From: Felis catus
Lineage: Eukaryota
DNA length: 64,000 nt
Direction: 5' to 3'
Assembly: GCF_018350175.1 (NCBI RefSeq)
Contig: NC_058368.1
Location: 206,524,001-206,588,000 of the forward strand
The translations under genes were made by a program, and so were the position numbers. Shown here one piece after another: positions 1 to 11,624 of this stretch. The number at the start of each line of letters is the position of its first letter. Positions within the stretch are counted from its first letter, which is position 1. A model generated the notes under the pieces. That model was given only the letters and a program-made list of their open reading frames with translations, did not search any database and was not told the DNA's origin.

Positions 1-244
1 TTAGAGTACTAGGCCTCAGGCCAGGACGATGCTTGCGTCAGAGCAGTTTAATCACTCGGCAACAGGTGTTTGAATGTCACACGGGTAGGGAGTCAGACAT
101 ACGATTGCAGGGGTGATCTGTCTACCCTAACAAAGAAACTTAAATAATGTGGGATTTGGTTTTGTCAAAAGCAGTTCTGTTTAAATTTCTAGATTTGTTA
201 GAGTTAAGTGTCATGTATTCTTTTCTCCTTTAATTTACTTTCTC

Positions 245-920
245 AAAAAATTTATTCACTGTAGGTTATGACACATGTAACAAGCCATGCACCGGGGATA
301 TATGGATGCCTATGACATGATACTTGCCATCAGAAGCGAACGGATGGTGACTTGATACTTAAAATTTCCAGTAGTTAGTGCAGGGGAGATGCGCACAGGG
401 TACTGTGGGGTCCAATTTGGGAAGAGGAAGCTATGTGAGGCTTCTTGCAGTTGGACACCTACAGTCTGAAGTGTAACGGGAGAGTAAAACTTATTCAGGT
501 AGATAGGCAGGGGTGCAGGGTAGTGGAAAATGGGGAAAAGAGGTCATTCCAGCCGGGAGGTCTGTAAAGCCAGTGTAGGAGGGGGAAAGATAGTAAATAG
601 TGAGGCCAGAACTGCCAAGGAGTGGCAGAAAATGAGGTTAGAAAGGTCAGCAGAGGTTGGATCCCAGAAAGCCTTGTGAAAGAGGGTAAGAAACGTGAGG
701 GTCATCTTTTAGGTAATGAAGAGCCACTGAAGAATTTTAAGCAGGAGACAAGGTCAGATTTGCCATTGAGATAGCTTACTCTGGTGGCAGTGAGAGACTG
801 ACATAAGGAAGTTAGCACTGGAGGAAGCCTGTTGAAGTGAGAGATACTGAAGGCCTGAGCTAGAGCAGTGGTATTCATTTATAGAAAGAAGAGAATAGAT
901 CCACATGTAATGAAGCACCT
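245..920 (-). mobile_element. L2 LINE 3' fragment
   Basis: Antisense-L2-like text such as gagccactgaagaattttaagcagg and gaaggcctgagctagagcagtgg. Confidence 0.75.
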
Positions 921-1089
921 GTTGGAGACAGGAGTTTGAATTTGAGAGAATTTCTCTTTAAAGTTTGCTGACAAGAAGGATATAAAGACATAAAATTGCC
1001 GGAAGCCTGGTTTTTAGCAAGGGAGAGGCTAACTACGTTTTGGAGCAAATTTAGTTTTTTCCAGCAAACTATTAGTACAGGACCTCTCC

Positions 1090-1545
1090 TACTTAGATTT
1101 CTCCAGAAAGCGGAGTCTGAGTACTTCTGGGCAGTACTTTACTGGGGAGTGTTGTTGCAGGGTATAGGAGTGAGGGAAAGGACAAGTGGAGCAAAGAAGG
1201 AAGGAGAGCCCAAACTAGGAAGTGTTAACCAAGTTGGAAACATGGAGAAACGGGTTGTTCAATCCCAAGGAAGCTTATGAGGAACAGCATGAAATGCACT
1301 TTAGGGGAAATGTTTTTCCATTAGCTCCCATCCCTATTGGCCAGAGGTTTGCCCCACAAGGAATAACTCTCCGGCACTTCTGAGTTAGGTTCCCGTAGCG
1401 TCTCTCGCTTTGTCATCAAAAGAGAAGTCCCAGTGTGAGAGGCAAGAGGCACAAATTCCACAAATGGAACCCTGGGGCTGATTGTGAGAAGAGCCAATCT
1501 CATTTCAACTCCTTGGTCCTGAGACTGATACATTGCAGCTGTTGA
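1090..1545 (-). mobile_element. ERV-L LTR (LTR16/LTR33-like), 3' LTR
   Basis: Starts like a reverse ERVL LTR end (ttagatttctccagaaagcggagtctgag...tactttactgggg); colinear with the copy at 3082-3465. Confidence 0.7.
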
Positions 1546-3081
1546 GGAGATAGCATCATTTTTTCAGCTGTTAGCTCAGTACATACATCACATCATGGAG
1601 GTCAGTATCTCAATCCTGCACAGTGTTTGCCTCAAGTTGGTGCCTTAGCAGAGTCTCTGACAAGCCCCCCACTCTTATTGGGTCTGCTATTTCTAGTTCA
1701 GTGTGTGGTAAGGGCCAAGGGATTCTGTGGTCTTGTGCCCACTGTCACACGTACTTTGCAATAAAACAGGCCCCTTGACCTAAGGCAGGGTTGTATGTGA
1801 TACCAGGTGATAGATCAGGCATTCTGTCACTCTCAGATGGTACTGTTGCAAGAGGCACTTAGGACAGGAAAGACAAACTCTTCTGAAAGTAGATGTAAAT
1901 TCTGGAAAGGACAAAATTCTGCTACTTCTCATCACATCAGTACTGGCTTGGACTGGCCTATCAGTACTGGCCTATCACATCAGTGCTGGCTTGACCGAGG
2001 AAAGAGGCCTGCTGATGTTTACTGAACAGGTCATCCTGAGTGCCTAGTTTGGGTTGCAATGGGTGGAGGAGGGTATTGTGAAACAAGGAAATCTGCCTGC
2101 CTTGGCCATCTCCCATGGGCCATCCACATACCTTTTTACGAGGGTTGTTTTTTTCTTTTTGGTTCCCCAATCTTTTAGTACAATTACTTCCTGACCTCTA
2201 ATAACCATCCAAGCCATTCATCTGCTCATAAATCCATGTATGTTTGTATCTTGGACCACTTCTCTCTTCATACAAAATAAATCACCAAACAGACTACTTG
2301 CAGAAGTGCTTACTGGGAAGATTTATCATTTCCCACTAGGACCACTCCTGAGTAGGACTGTGTTACAACAGAAGTCCATTTTTTGCCAGCACCAACCTTG
2401 AACTGGTTTCTCTGTACACCAGGACTGTTTTTCCTCCTCTGCCATTTGGTCAGAAGGGACCACCTCTTCCTTCCCCATGGAACTGTATATGTAAGTTGAG
2501 GGATTGGTGTTAGTACGACCAAGGTCTGTGACATGGGAGTCTGGGCTGCCTTTTCATATAATTTGCTGGTGCAAATGGGATCTGACCCAGAATGTATTAT
2601 TTCTATCATTCTGTCAGTAAATCAGCCAATTGCTGTGACTTGCTTTTAACAATTAAATGTCAGTAACTGATTCCTATTAATCTGGAGTATTCATCCCCTT
2701 GACAGTAGGGAACACAGTTATATGGTGCCATGTTCTACTGTCAATACTATATGTCAGAGGACATCCTTCACTGAGTTTCTTAGTGATATTTCTTAAAGAT
2801 CTCTGTCATGCCCTACGTATGCATTCTGTATCCTCTGTGCCCTCATACGAAACATAGACATGAGTTGGATTCTTACATAATAATTCCACTTTAATATTCC
2901 AACCTCCCTGAGTCTTCTGATCCCTATCTTAGTATTACGCTAAGAAAGTTTTGGCATGGTCCACTTCATTTACAATGGACCCATCATGTCTAAGCTTCAA
3001 GAAAGCATCTTAGCAGCATATTAGCACTGGTTCCTTTTGTCAATAAATTCTCCCTGTCTGATTTTGTATCCTTAGACCAAA
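1546..3081 (-). mobile_element. ERV-L internal relic (gag and pol RNaseH-region fragments)
   Basis: Minus-strand GIRRLREVGILKWNYYVR (2924-2871) resembles ERVL gag; ORF 2310-2609 TSKLYEKAAQTPM...KKWT...KSSQ resembles ERVL pol. Confidence 0.8.
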
Positions 3082-3465
3082 TATGCAAATTACTTTACTG
3101 GGGAGTATATTTCCAAAGAACAGAATTTCAGGGCAGCAAAGAGAGAAAGAGGGAGAACCTCTACAAAGAAGTATTATCAGGATGGTCACCACTTCATGGG
3201 ATTATCCTAGAAACCTTGTGAAATGCATCTCAGGACCATCTCTCCTGAGGAAAAGAGGGGGAAACACTTATCCATCAGCTCGCACCCCCTATTTGTCAAA
3301 GGTTCACCTCATGGTACAAATTATCTGCCCTTCTGGCTTGTATGAGGTTTAGCATGAAACAGGTTCCTGTAGCGTCTCACTCTGTGCTGTCAACAGAGAA
3401 GCCCGAGGGTGGAAGGCAAGGTGTGCTTGGCACAGGACTGACGCAAAGCGCCATCAGGTTAAGTA
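3082..3465 (-). mobile_element. ERV-L LTR, 5' LTR (partly deleted)
   Basis: Shares tactttactggg, tgaaatgca, aggttccYgtagcgtctc and agagaag...aggcaag blocks with 1090-1545. Confidence 0.7.
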
Positions 3466-3577
3466 TTGTGTTTGATAATATAGATTGAAAATACTGTGGA
3501 AACCGTATCATTATAGAATTAGAGAAATAGAGAATTATTAATCTGGCTCTGTGTTTCTGTGTCTTCTTTTTGATCAG

Positions 3578-3630
3578 TGTAGTATTTTCAGGAGACCCTA
3601 ACATTGGAAACCAGCAGGAGGAACCTACAG
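3578..3630 (+). other. Weak candidate small exon
   Basis: Pyrimidine tract with AG at 3576-77 (or 3590-91); CAG|gtctgt donor at 3631. Confidence 0.2.
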
Positions 3631-3859
3631 GTCTGTTGTTTTCCCCACTCGTGTTAGGGGAATAGCCATGCAAAGGAATTAGCCTGGGTTTGGTGCTGAG
3701 CTATCTGGACTAGATTTCTGGGAAATTTAATGCAGGCTACCGAGGTGCCCCAGATGATGAATTTAGGGATGAACCAGAGCCTCAGAGCAAAAAGCATGTT
3801 AGCTAAGTTGGTACCAATGAGTGCTAGCTGGAGTACCTACCCATTAGCCTTCTATGGTC

Positions 3860-4610
3860 TACATAGAGGACTTCAAACTTTTGCTTGCACGTCCATTAAA
3901 ATAATACTGAAAAATCTATGTATTTCTTCCACATTTATAGCTAAAATATTTTACTCGAAGTTGTTGAAAGTAGTGTAATTTCTGCCCAGTTGCCAATATT
4001 AACATCAAAACAAACGATTAAATCACCTTAAACATTTTCCACTGGAATCCTAACACAGTAACAATCACTAGCTATAATGTCTCACTTAAAAATATGTGAA
4101 GGTCATTTTAATAGTCAAATTTTATACCATTTCTTCTCCTTTTGAATTCATTTCCATCTAACCTCCCCCTGTATATTTTTAATCTAACGTAATCAATGTT
4201 TAAATGTTTATGTGTTTTTAAAAGAGAGAGAGAGACAGAGAGAGAGCAGGGGAGGGGCAGAGAGAGAGAGGGAGACAAAGAATCCCAAGCAGGCTCCAGG
4301 CTCTGAGCTGTCAGCACAGAGCCCCACACGGGCCTCTGAACCCATGAACCATGAGATCATGACTTGAGCCCAAGTCCAATAGTTAACCTACTAAGCCACC
4401 CACGCACCCCTCTACTGTAATTTTTTAATGCTTGAATGTCTTACACTGGTCCTGTATACTTTGCAAAAATTGTGCAAATAAATTGAAATGTGAAATTAGC
4501 ATTTTTCTGTGATGTCTCGAAGTAATAAAAATTTTATTCTGAGTAAATTTAACTTTATTGCCATTATGACACAAAGTAGCTTACTTTACAGTTATATAAT
4601 TATATATTCA
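3860..4610. mobile_element. hAT-Charlie-like DNA transposon relic split by a SINE
   Basis: Begins ...cttcaaacttttgcttgcacgtcc...aaaaatctatgta, a Charlie-type end; AT-rich body. Confidence 0.45.
4196..4410 (-). mobile_element. Can-SINE (SINEC)
   Basis: T-rich tail, (GA)n, gagatcatgacttgagcc...gccacccacgcacccc. Confidence 0.95.
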
Positions 4611-4614
4611 CAAA

Positions 4615-5360
4615 CATAAAAGAAGACTTCATAGGAGAAAGGCTCGTGCGAACATAAACAGTCCCACGGGACCACAAGCGGAAGCCGGGCCCGCAGCTAG
4701 TGGAGAGGTGTCCTCCGTGCGCGGTCGCAAAACCTGGGGCTGCAGTGTCGTAAAAGCTCCCTTCTGGGAAGTACTGGCGCTGCCCTGGAGCTGGCAGAGG
4801 GAGAGCGAGCGTGACGATCGCGCCTGCCCGTCGCCCTCCGGAGCGCTCCCCTACAGGCCTCAAAATGTGTGTAAATCAGATGCCTTTCTCTCAGGCCAAA
4901 GCTCCAAGACCAGCAAGTGAGCCTCTTATGCACAAAAGCCTGACTCCCCTCCACGGGCGGCTTCTACGTGGAACCCAGGGCCGGGTGAGTCCTAGCGCGC
5001 CAGCCCTTTTAGTTGTCTAAGCTATATGCTTTGGGGACTCCTTTCAGGTGCAGATCTTAAAAGTCAGGGATGCCCGTGTGGGCTTCAAACTCTTCACTCC
5101 TCAAGGAGAAGCATCAGGTTTTGAGTTCCCTTCGGACTGGGTTGCCCCAAGTAGAATGGTATTTATGACAAGATTGTGACCCAGGCTTTCCTACCCACTT
5201 TGGTGTGGGTCTTGTCTCTTTGGCTCACTGCAGACAAGTCAGTTTTTAGGGTTTTTTTTCTCAGAGGACATTGTTCCTCGTGTAGCTGTAGATTTGGTGT
5301 ATTAATAGGAGGAGGGCCATTCAGGATCCTCTTACATAGCCGTCTTGAACCGAACCCTCC
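4615..5360 (-). mobile_element. Isolated L1 5'UTR (carnivore/L1MA-type), CpG-rich
   Basis: Reverse complement starts ggttcggttcaagacggctatgtaagaggatcctgaa...acaccaaatctacagctacac, an L1 5' end; about 27 CpG in 4640-5000 (hand count). Confidence 0.75.
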
Positions 5361-6439
5361 TAAAGGCTCATAATGAGGTACATTAGCTCATTACCTGCAT
5401 CTGAGTATTACTGATTATTGGAATGGGAGAGGATTCAGTGGGATTCAACAGCCAAAACTGTGGAGGATACTAAATGTATAAAAGGTATATTAATCACACC
5501 ATATTCTCATTAATGTAAATCTACCAGGTATATGATAAGAATGAATGAGAAATCAGAGAAGTGGTTGATGAATGACAATTGTTAGAAGACTTGGTGCCCA
5601 AGTAAAATATGCATGTGGATTGTCATGGTTGTGGAAGGAAATGTTCAGCAAGATATCTCTGCTGTAGCTGTAGTCTAAGAGTGCAGCTGAGGATCTGGAA
5701 ATTCATTGCTTGGCAATTACCCATGCTTGCCTACTCTGTTATGTAACTCAGGGCTACTTGAAACCCAGTTCAGAGACCCCTGATTATTTGCCATATTTTA
5801 TAAATATCATTAATTATGTCATGAACCAATAGAGCAAAAGCAGTAAGAAAAATAGAGTGCCTGTACGTAGGGATGTGCATTGACACTAGAAATGAAAGTG
5901 GAAATTAAGGTAGAGCTAATTTTTTTTTAAAGAAGGAGAAAACGAATAAAATTTAGGGCTGTATGCAGTATAGGAATGATTTTGAAAGAAGAAAAGGCAA
6001 ATCAAACAAATGTGGGAAGTGCTGATTGGATTCTATCAGCATATCAGAAACCCCCAAACCAAAAAACCAAAACAACAAAAAAGACCAAACCCCAGAAAAC
6101 AACACAACCTTATAAGTATGTGGCTAGAGGTTACCATCACCACTGCAAGTCAGTTATGGTTATCATGAATTCAGGGAAGACACTCATGTGCTGGACAATT
6201 TAAAGCCTAAGCTTGGTGACGGTACTCTGAAGAACCCTTTCTCGATAGATTGCAGGCCTGGTATCCTCTGTACAAATAGCAAAGTGAAGGATGAGGCAGC
6301 CTGTGCAAGCACCTGCACACCCTTGGGGATCATCATAAAAGGTGTTACTGGCTACATTGGACTTTCAAAGTAGCTGTGAGTGGCCACCCCTACTAACAAC
6401 AGTGTAGGTTCCTCTGGGACGTACTCATGCTACAGGGAT

Positions 6440-6530
6440 GAGATCAGATTCATCTGTATATAAACATTTAGTGCATATCACCATGCTCTAGGACTTAGAA
6501 CATACTCTGTTGACTGAATAAATGTATATG
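6440..6530 (+). mobile_element. L2 3' tail remnant
   Basis: Ends tgttgactgaataaatg. Confidence 0.4.
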
Positions 6531-7630
6531 GCAACTGTTATATGATGCCATTTAAGGTGGGATTTTCTCAGGAGACTCAAAACTTTGACAGTGGATTCTG
6601 AGCTCCTCCATTGAGTTTGAAAGTGAAGAAAATTAAAAGAAAAAATTGGAGCTATAGTCTCATCAAACTGCCCCTTCATCCAAGGGGAAGAGAAAAATAG
6701 GTCTTATGTTCTATTTACTGCTTTGGTATAGAAAACCTTAACCTTAGGAAGTGGAATGTACAATCTTAGTGAACTCTTCTGGGCAAACAATAGTTAAAAA
6801 TACATTTAACCAATGGATTTTCAAATAATTAGCTCATCTAAAATATTTTGAATTGATTCTCTTGGGTTTTACAGACAAAAAAACCCCCACACTACATGTA
6901 AATAATAGTAATGATTCTGTCTCTGCTGCTTTTAAATTTATAATTTATTTTATGTTATTAGTTTTGGTCAGACTACCAGAACAGTGATAAATAATTGTGC
7001 CTTCAGGCACACTTGTCAATGGAGAATTTTCTTATGTTTTGACAGTAAGCATGAAATTGTTGGTTGTTGGATTGGGAACATTTTTCTCTATTTTATTAAT
7101 ATTTCTTCAGATTACCAAGAATGAATGTTTAATTATTTACAAATGTTGTTCCAGCATCTGTTGAGATGGTTGCTTTATCTCCTGGTTTCCTGATCTGATA
7201 AATTGCAGTAAAGATTTTCTTTTATGTATTAAAGAAGCATCCACCTAGAATTCTTGGAATGTTTTCTACTGGCACTGACCATGGGGTCTTTTTTTCTTTT
7301 TTTTAATGTTTATATTACATTAAAAGGTTTGTTTTTGCTAATATTTATAAATCTTATATTAATATTTTTAAGTTAGATGGGCTTGTGGTTTCTTTTATCT
7401 GCTATGTCAGATTTCTGTATAAGGATTATTTCAGATTGACTAAATTAATTATGAGGCATCTCATCTTTTTTCTTTACTTTTTAACAACTTAACTAGAAAA
7501 GAAATTATTCGTTACTTGAACAGAAACATTACCCATCCATTTGCATGAATGTGGGCCATACACTATCTTTTGATGGATTTTCTTTTGGCAACTTTCCCCA
7601 ATTTATCCTATGGTTATTTATTAAAAAAAA

Positions 7631-7833
7631 TTTTTTTTAATGTTTATTTATTTTTGAGAGAGATAGAGTGTGAGTTGGGAAGGGGCAGAGAGAGAGGTAG
7701 ACAGAATCTGAAGTAGGCTCCAGGCTCCCAATTGTCAGCACAGAGCCCAGTGCGGGGCTCAAATTCACAATCCGTGAGATCCTGACCTGAGCCAAAGTAG
7801 GAAGCTTAGCCATTTGAGCCATTCAGGCGCCCC
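7631..7833 (-). mobile_element. Can-SINE
   Basis: Full body; TSD-like atcctatg(g/a)ttatt. Confidence 0.95.
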
Positions 7834-7937
7834 ATCCTATGATTATTAATCTTTTACTTTTTTCTCAAATTAAAATACTTTTCATTTTTTGTTTGATCTT
7901 TTTTCTTTTTCCTTTTCTTTTTAAAAATTTATTTATT

Positions 7938-8144
7938 GGGGTGCTGGGTGGCTCAGTCGGTTGGGCATCTGACTTTGGCTCAGGTCTTGATCTCAGGGTT
8001 TGTGGGTCTGAGCCCTGCCTCAGGCTCTGTGCTGACAGCTCAGAGCCTGGAGCCTGCTTCAGATTCTGTGTCTCCCTCTCTCTCTTCACCTCCCCCACTC
8101 ACACTCTGTCTCTCTCAAAAATGAACATTAAAAATTAAAAAAAA
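7938..8144 (+). mobile_element. Can-SINE
   Basis: ggggtgctgggtggctcagtcggtt...(CT)n...A-rich tail. Confidence 0.95.
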
Positions 8145-8149
8145 TGCTA

Positions 8150-8386
8150 TTTATTTTTATTTATTTTATTATTTTATTTTTTTCAACGCTTATTTATTTT
8201 TGGGACAGAGAGAGATAGAGCATGAACGGGGGAGGGGCAGAGAGAGAGGGAGACACAGAATCGGAAACAGGCTCCAGGCTCTGAGCCATCAGCCCAGAGC
8301 CCGACGCGGGGCTTGAACTCACGGACCGCGAGATCATGACCTGGCTGAAGTCGGACGCTTAACCGACTGCGCCACCCAGGTGCCCC
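8150..8386 (-). mobile_element. Young felid SINEC_Fc
   Basis: tttgggacag...aatcggaaacagg...gacctggctgaagtcggacgc; CpGs retained. Confidence 0.95.
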
Positions 8387-8860
8387 CTATTTTTAGGGAA
8401 AGTGTGTGTGCACAAGTGTGAGTGGGAGAGGGGCAGAGAGAGAGTGAGAGAGCATTCCAAGTGGGCTCCATGTGGGGCTTGATCCCACAAACTGTGAGAT
8501 CGTGACCTGAGCTGAAATCCAGAGTCAGATGCTTAACTGACTAAGCCACCCAGGTGCCCCTGATCTTTTTCTGATATTAGATAATGCATCTGTGTTTTTT
8601 TTTTCCCCTTCACTTTTCTGTTTTTAAATTATATTTGACCAAACTGGTTTATTCTATTGTTCTTTAAAAATAATTAGCTTTTAAATTTATTTATAATTCT
8701 AATTTATCTCTATTTTACTATTTCTTAATTTATCGATTTGTATTTTATTAATTTCTGCTTGCTTTCCTAAGTTCTGTTTTACTCTTTCTAATGTGAGCTA
8801 CTTTGCCCATTTATTTTATTTTTCAGAAATTAATAATAAAATATTTAAAGTAACTCTTTG

Positions 8861-9082
8861 GGGGCACCTGGGTGGCTCAGTCGGTTGAGCCTCCGACTTC
8901 GGCTCAGGTCATGATCTCACAGCTCATGGGTTTGAGCCCTGTGTCGGCCTCTGTGCTGACAGCTTGGAGCCTGGAGCCTGCTTCTGATTCTGTGTCTTCC
9001 TCTCTCTCTCTGCCCCTTCCCCGCTCATGCTCTGTCTCTCTCTCTCTCTCTGTCAAAAATAAATAAACATTAAAAAAATTTT
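8861..9082 (+). mobile_element. Can-SINE
   Basis: Full length; TSD tttaaagtaact. Confidence 0.95.
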
Positions 9083-9202
9083 TTTAAAGTAACTTTCTTT
9101 GACTATATAGCAGTATTTTCCAACTTTTTATATGTAGTATTCTCATTTTTGTTATTTTCCAAATGTTCTGTAGTTGTAATGGTTTTTTGTTTTATCCAAG
9201 TG

Positions 9203-9239
9203 TTATTTTTTATTTTTATTTTTATTTATTTATTTTTTT

Positions 9240-9276
<37 letters not shown>

Positions 9277-9399
9277 CTGAAGCAGGCTCCACACTCAGCA
9301 TGGAGCCTGACAAGGGGCTGGATCCCATGACCTTGGGAACATGACCTGAGCTGAAATCAAGAGTTGGATATTTAACTGACTGAGCCACCAAGGTGCCCC
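9203..9399 (-). mobile_element. Can-SINE (older, gaaatcaagagt type)
   Basis: T tail, (GA)n, gagctgaaatcaagagttgg...ggtgcccc. Confidence 0.93.
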
Positions 9400-10014
9400 T
9401 ATATAAGGGTTATTTAAAAGTAACTTTCCTCTTTTAATTTCCAAATGGTACCTAATTAAAAAAAATAAGTATTATAATCTGCTTTGTGGTGAGAAAGTGT
9501 AACTTGAACAATTCTTGCTCTTTGAATTAAGGGAATTTTATTTTGTTTCGTTTGTTTTTCTTTTTGTTTTTGTAGCTGAATAGAATATCTTATTTTGGGG
9601 AGGGTAAATGGGTATAGTTACTCCTTCTTTACAGAATAGAATAGAGAAAGTGAAAAGTCACACTGACCTTGTTCTTCATTTGTAATACCTTGGGTCTTTT
9701 GAGTCTGGAAATATATGAAGAGAAATAAGAAAAAAACATTCCTACCTTCTTGTTGCTTGTGGTTCCTGTTTCATGGTATCAAATTGGAATGTGCTATGAG
9801 TAGAATCCTTTGTAGGTTGATTTTCATCTAGTTTCTTCTGTTGTGGGATAACCTAGTAGTCTTAACCTATCAGGTTGACTTATAAAAACTAATTTTTATT
9901 GTTTTTCTAATTGTATTTTAGTTTGATGTTTGTCTAATGTGTTGTGGATTACTATCCAGATGGCAGTATGACCCCAAACTTAATGTTTGTAATAACTTTG
10001 CTTTCTCAAAATTA

Positions 10015-10200
10015 GTGTTAATATGCTATTTTGTTAATCTTGAAACATACAGAAAAGCAAAAATAAGTAGGTTACTATCACCCATAATACAAACATCCTT
10101 AGATAACCAAACTGTTAATATTTTGCTGCATAGCTTTCCAATTTTGTCCTGTTATTTAAAACAAATGCTGTTGAGCATACATGAAGGCTTTTACTTCTTT
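10015..10200 (-). mobile_element. Old L1ME 3'UTR remnant
   Basis: atcacccataat...agataaccaaactgttaatattttg. Confidence 0.55.
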
Positions 10201-11204
10201 GAACCGTTGAAGGAAAGTCACTTGAAGGAAAAATACAGTCTAGGATAAGTAGATCTAAATTTTCACCTACTTTCTACAGGAAGGCAAACCTATTTCTTCT
10301 TGACAGATGTCCACAGTATATCCTGAATCACCACAGAGATCAGTGAACACACGGGGGTAGGAGGGATCAGGAACAGTGAACATGTGAAGGCACAAAATCA
10401 TCTGAATTAAAACTCAGTAATAAAACTAAGGGATAGCTGGTATCTGTATAGATTCTATTGCAGAGGAGATGAAGTTGGGGATTATCATGTTAGATCTCTA
10501 CTGCTGATTACATAGTAAAGATTAATAAAATGCCTAATATTTAAAAAAGAATCCTAGTCATCCTCAACAGTTCATGTTAGTAAAGAAGAGACTTTTGGGG
10601 AAAAAAAGAATTTCGAGCAATTTGAAGAGAGAATAAAATAGCTTACTGAAAGAATAATTTGAATATGTTTTGCATGATTATCTTGGGAGAAGTTGAAATA
10701 AGAGGAGAAAGGGAGATGGCAGGAAGAAAATAAAATTTGGCTGGACTGATTGGAAGATAGTTATTTACAAAATGGACTCCTGTGTATGTGGGGAAGACTA
10801 TAATGTAATTTAGAGAGGCTCACAGCATTGTCACCCTTAAAAAAATGTTCTATGAAGATGGATAGAATGGTAAGGATTAATGTCGGATGGAAAAGCAGGA
10901 TTGTTCGTGAAGGCTCGTTACACTATTGCCCAAAGTTTAGCATGTTACACAACACCAATTTTGCATCAGTGCTCTGGCCAAATGCCAGGAAAACACCCAT
11001 GTAAACAACTGGTTTCTGAAGAAACACATTATGAAGATATTTTGTATTCATAGACATTAGAAGTAGCCTCTGTGGTCGGCAGAGCACTTTAAACAGTAAT
11101 GTGAAACCACTTGCATCTGCTAATTGTTTACTTATTCAATTGTCTTTTTTGACCTGTGCAGTCATAGCAGGGAATAAGGGGAAGCCAGTAATAATTGCAT
11201 GATT

Positions 11205-11385
11205 GCAGATCTAACTGTGAGGCCCGAGTTGGAATCCTTGCTATGCCCCTAATTTACTTGTTGACCTTGACCATATTAGTTTACCTCTCTCTCTTAGCAT
11301 CAGTTTCCATAGAAATAAAGTAAGATATTTGAATTGTTAGCTCTTCATGTTCCCTTTTAGTGTTGAAGTTCTAGAAATCTGTGAT
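11205..11385 (+). mobile_element. MIR/MIR3
   Basis: Core gaccttgaccatattagtttacctctct...cagtttcc. Confidence 0.65.
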
Positions 11386-11452
11386 TTAAATTCCTGTCAT
11401 TTCAGCTCTTTGGTGTTTTGATTGTTTTGATTTGTTTTTAGTGCAAGCCATA

Positions 11453-11490
11453 TGTGTGTGTGTGTGTGTGTAGGTAGGTGTGTGTGTGTG
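11453..11490. repeat. Interrupted (TG)n microsatellite
   Basis: Seen directly. Confidence 0.9.
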
Positions 11491-11624
11491 CATGTATATA
11501 TGTATATATTTCTTTTACCTCTAAGTAGAACTGTGTGTAAATCAGCCCTAAAATGTTATAATGATAACCAATATTTATAACAGGGTATGCATGCATACCC
11601 TTGACATTCATTCTCTAATGCAAG

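Larger units (their letters stand above)
7904..8560 (-). mobile_element. Older Can-SINE whose tail was split by two younger SINEs
   Basis: Tail 7904-7937, body 8388-8560; TSD tgatcttttt at 7894 and 8561. Confidence 0.8.
6815..9600 (-). mobile_element. Old L1 ORF2 relic (L1M5/L1ME-like) interrupted by SINEs
   Basis: Degenerate antisense ORF2 text (gattctcttgggttt, ccagcatctgttgagatg, tatgtagtattctcatt). Confidence 0.7.

Noticed and set aside
7938..8030. tRNA-like A/B boxes
   Set aside because: tRNA-derived SINE heads, not tRNA genes.
7637..9066. Recurrent 'GSVLTAQSLEPASDSVS' ORFs suggesting a gene family
   Set aside because: These are Can-SINE translations.
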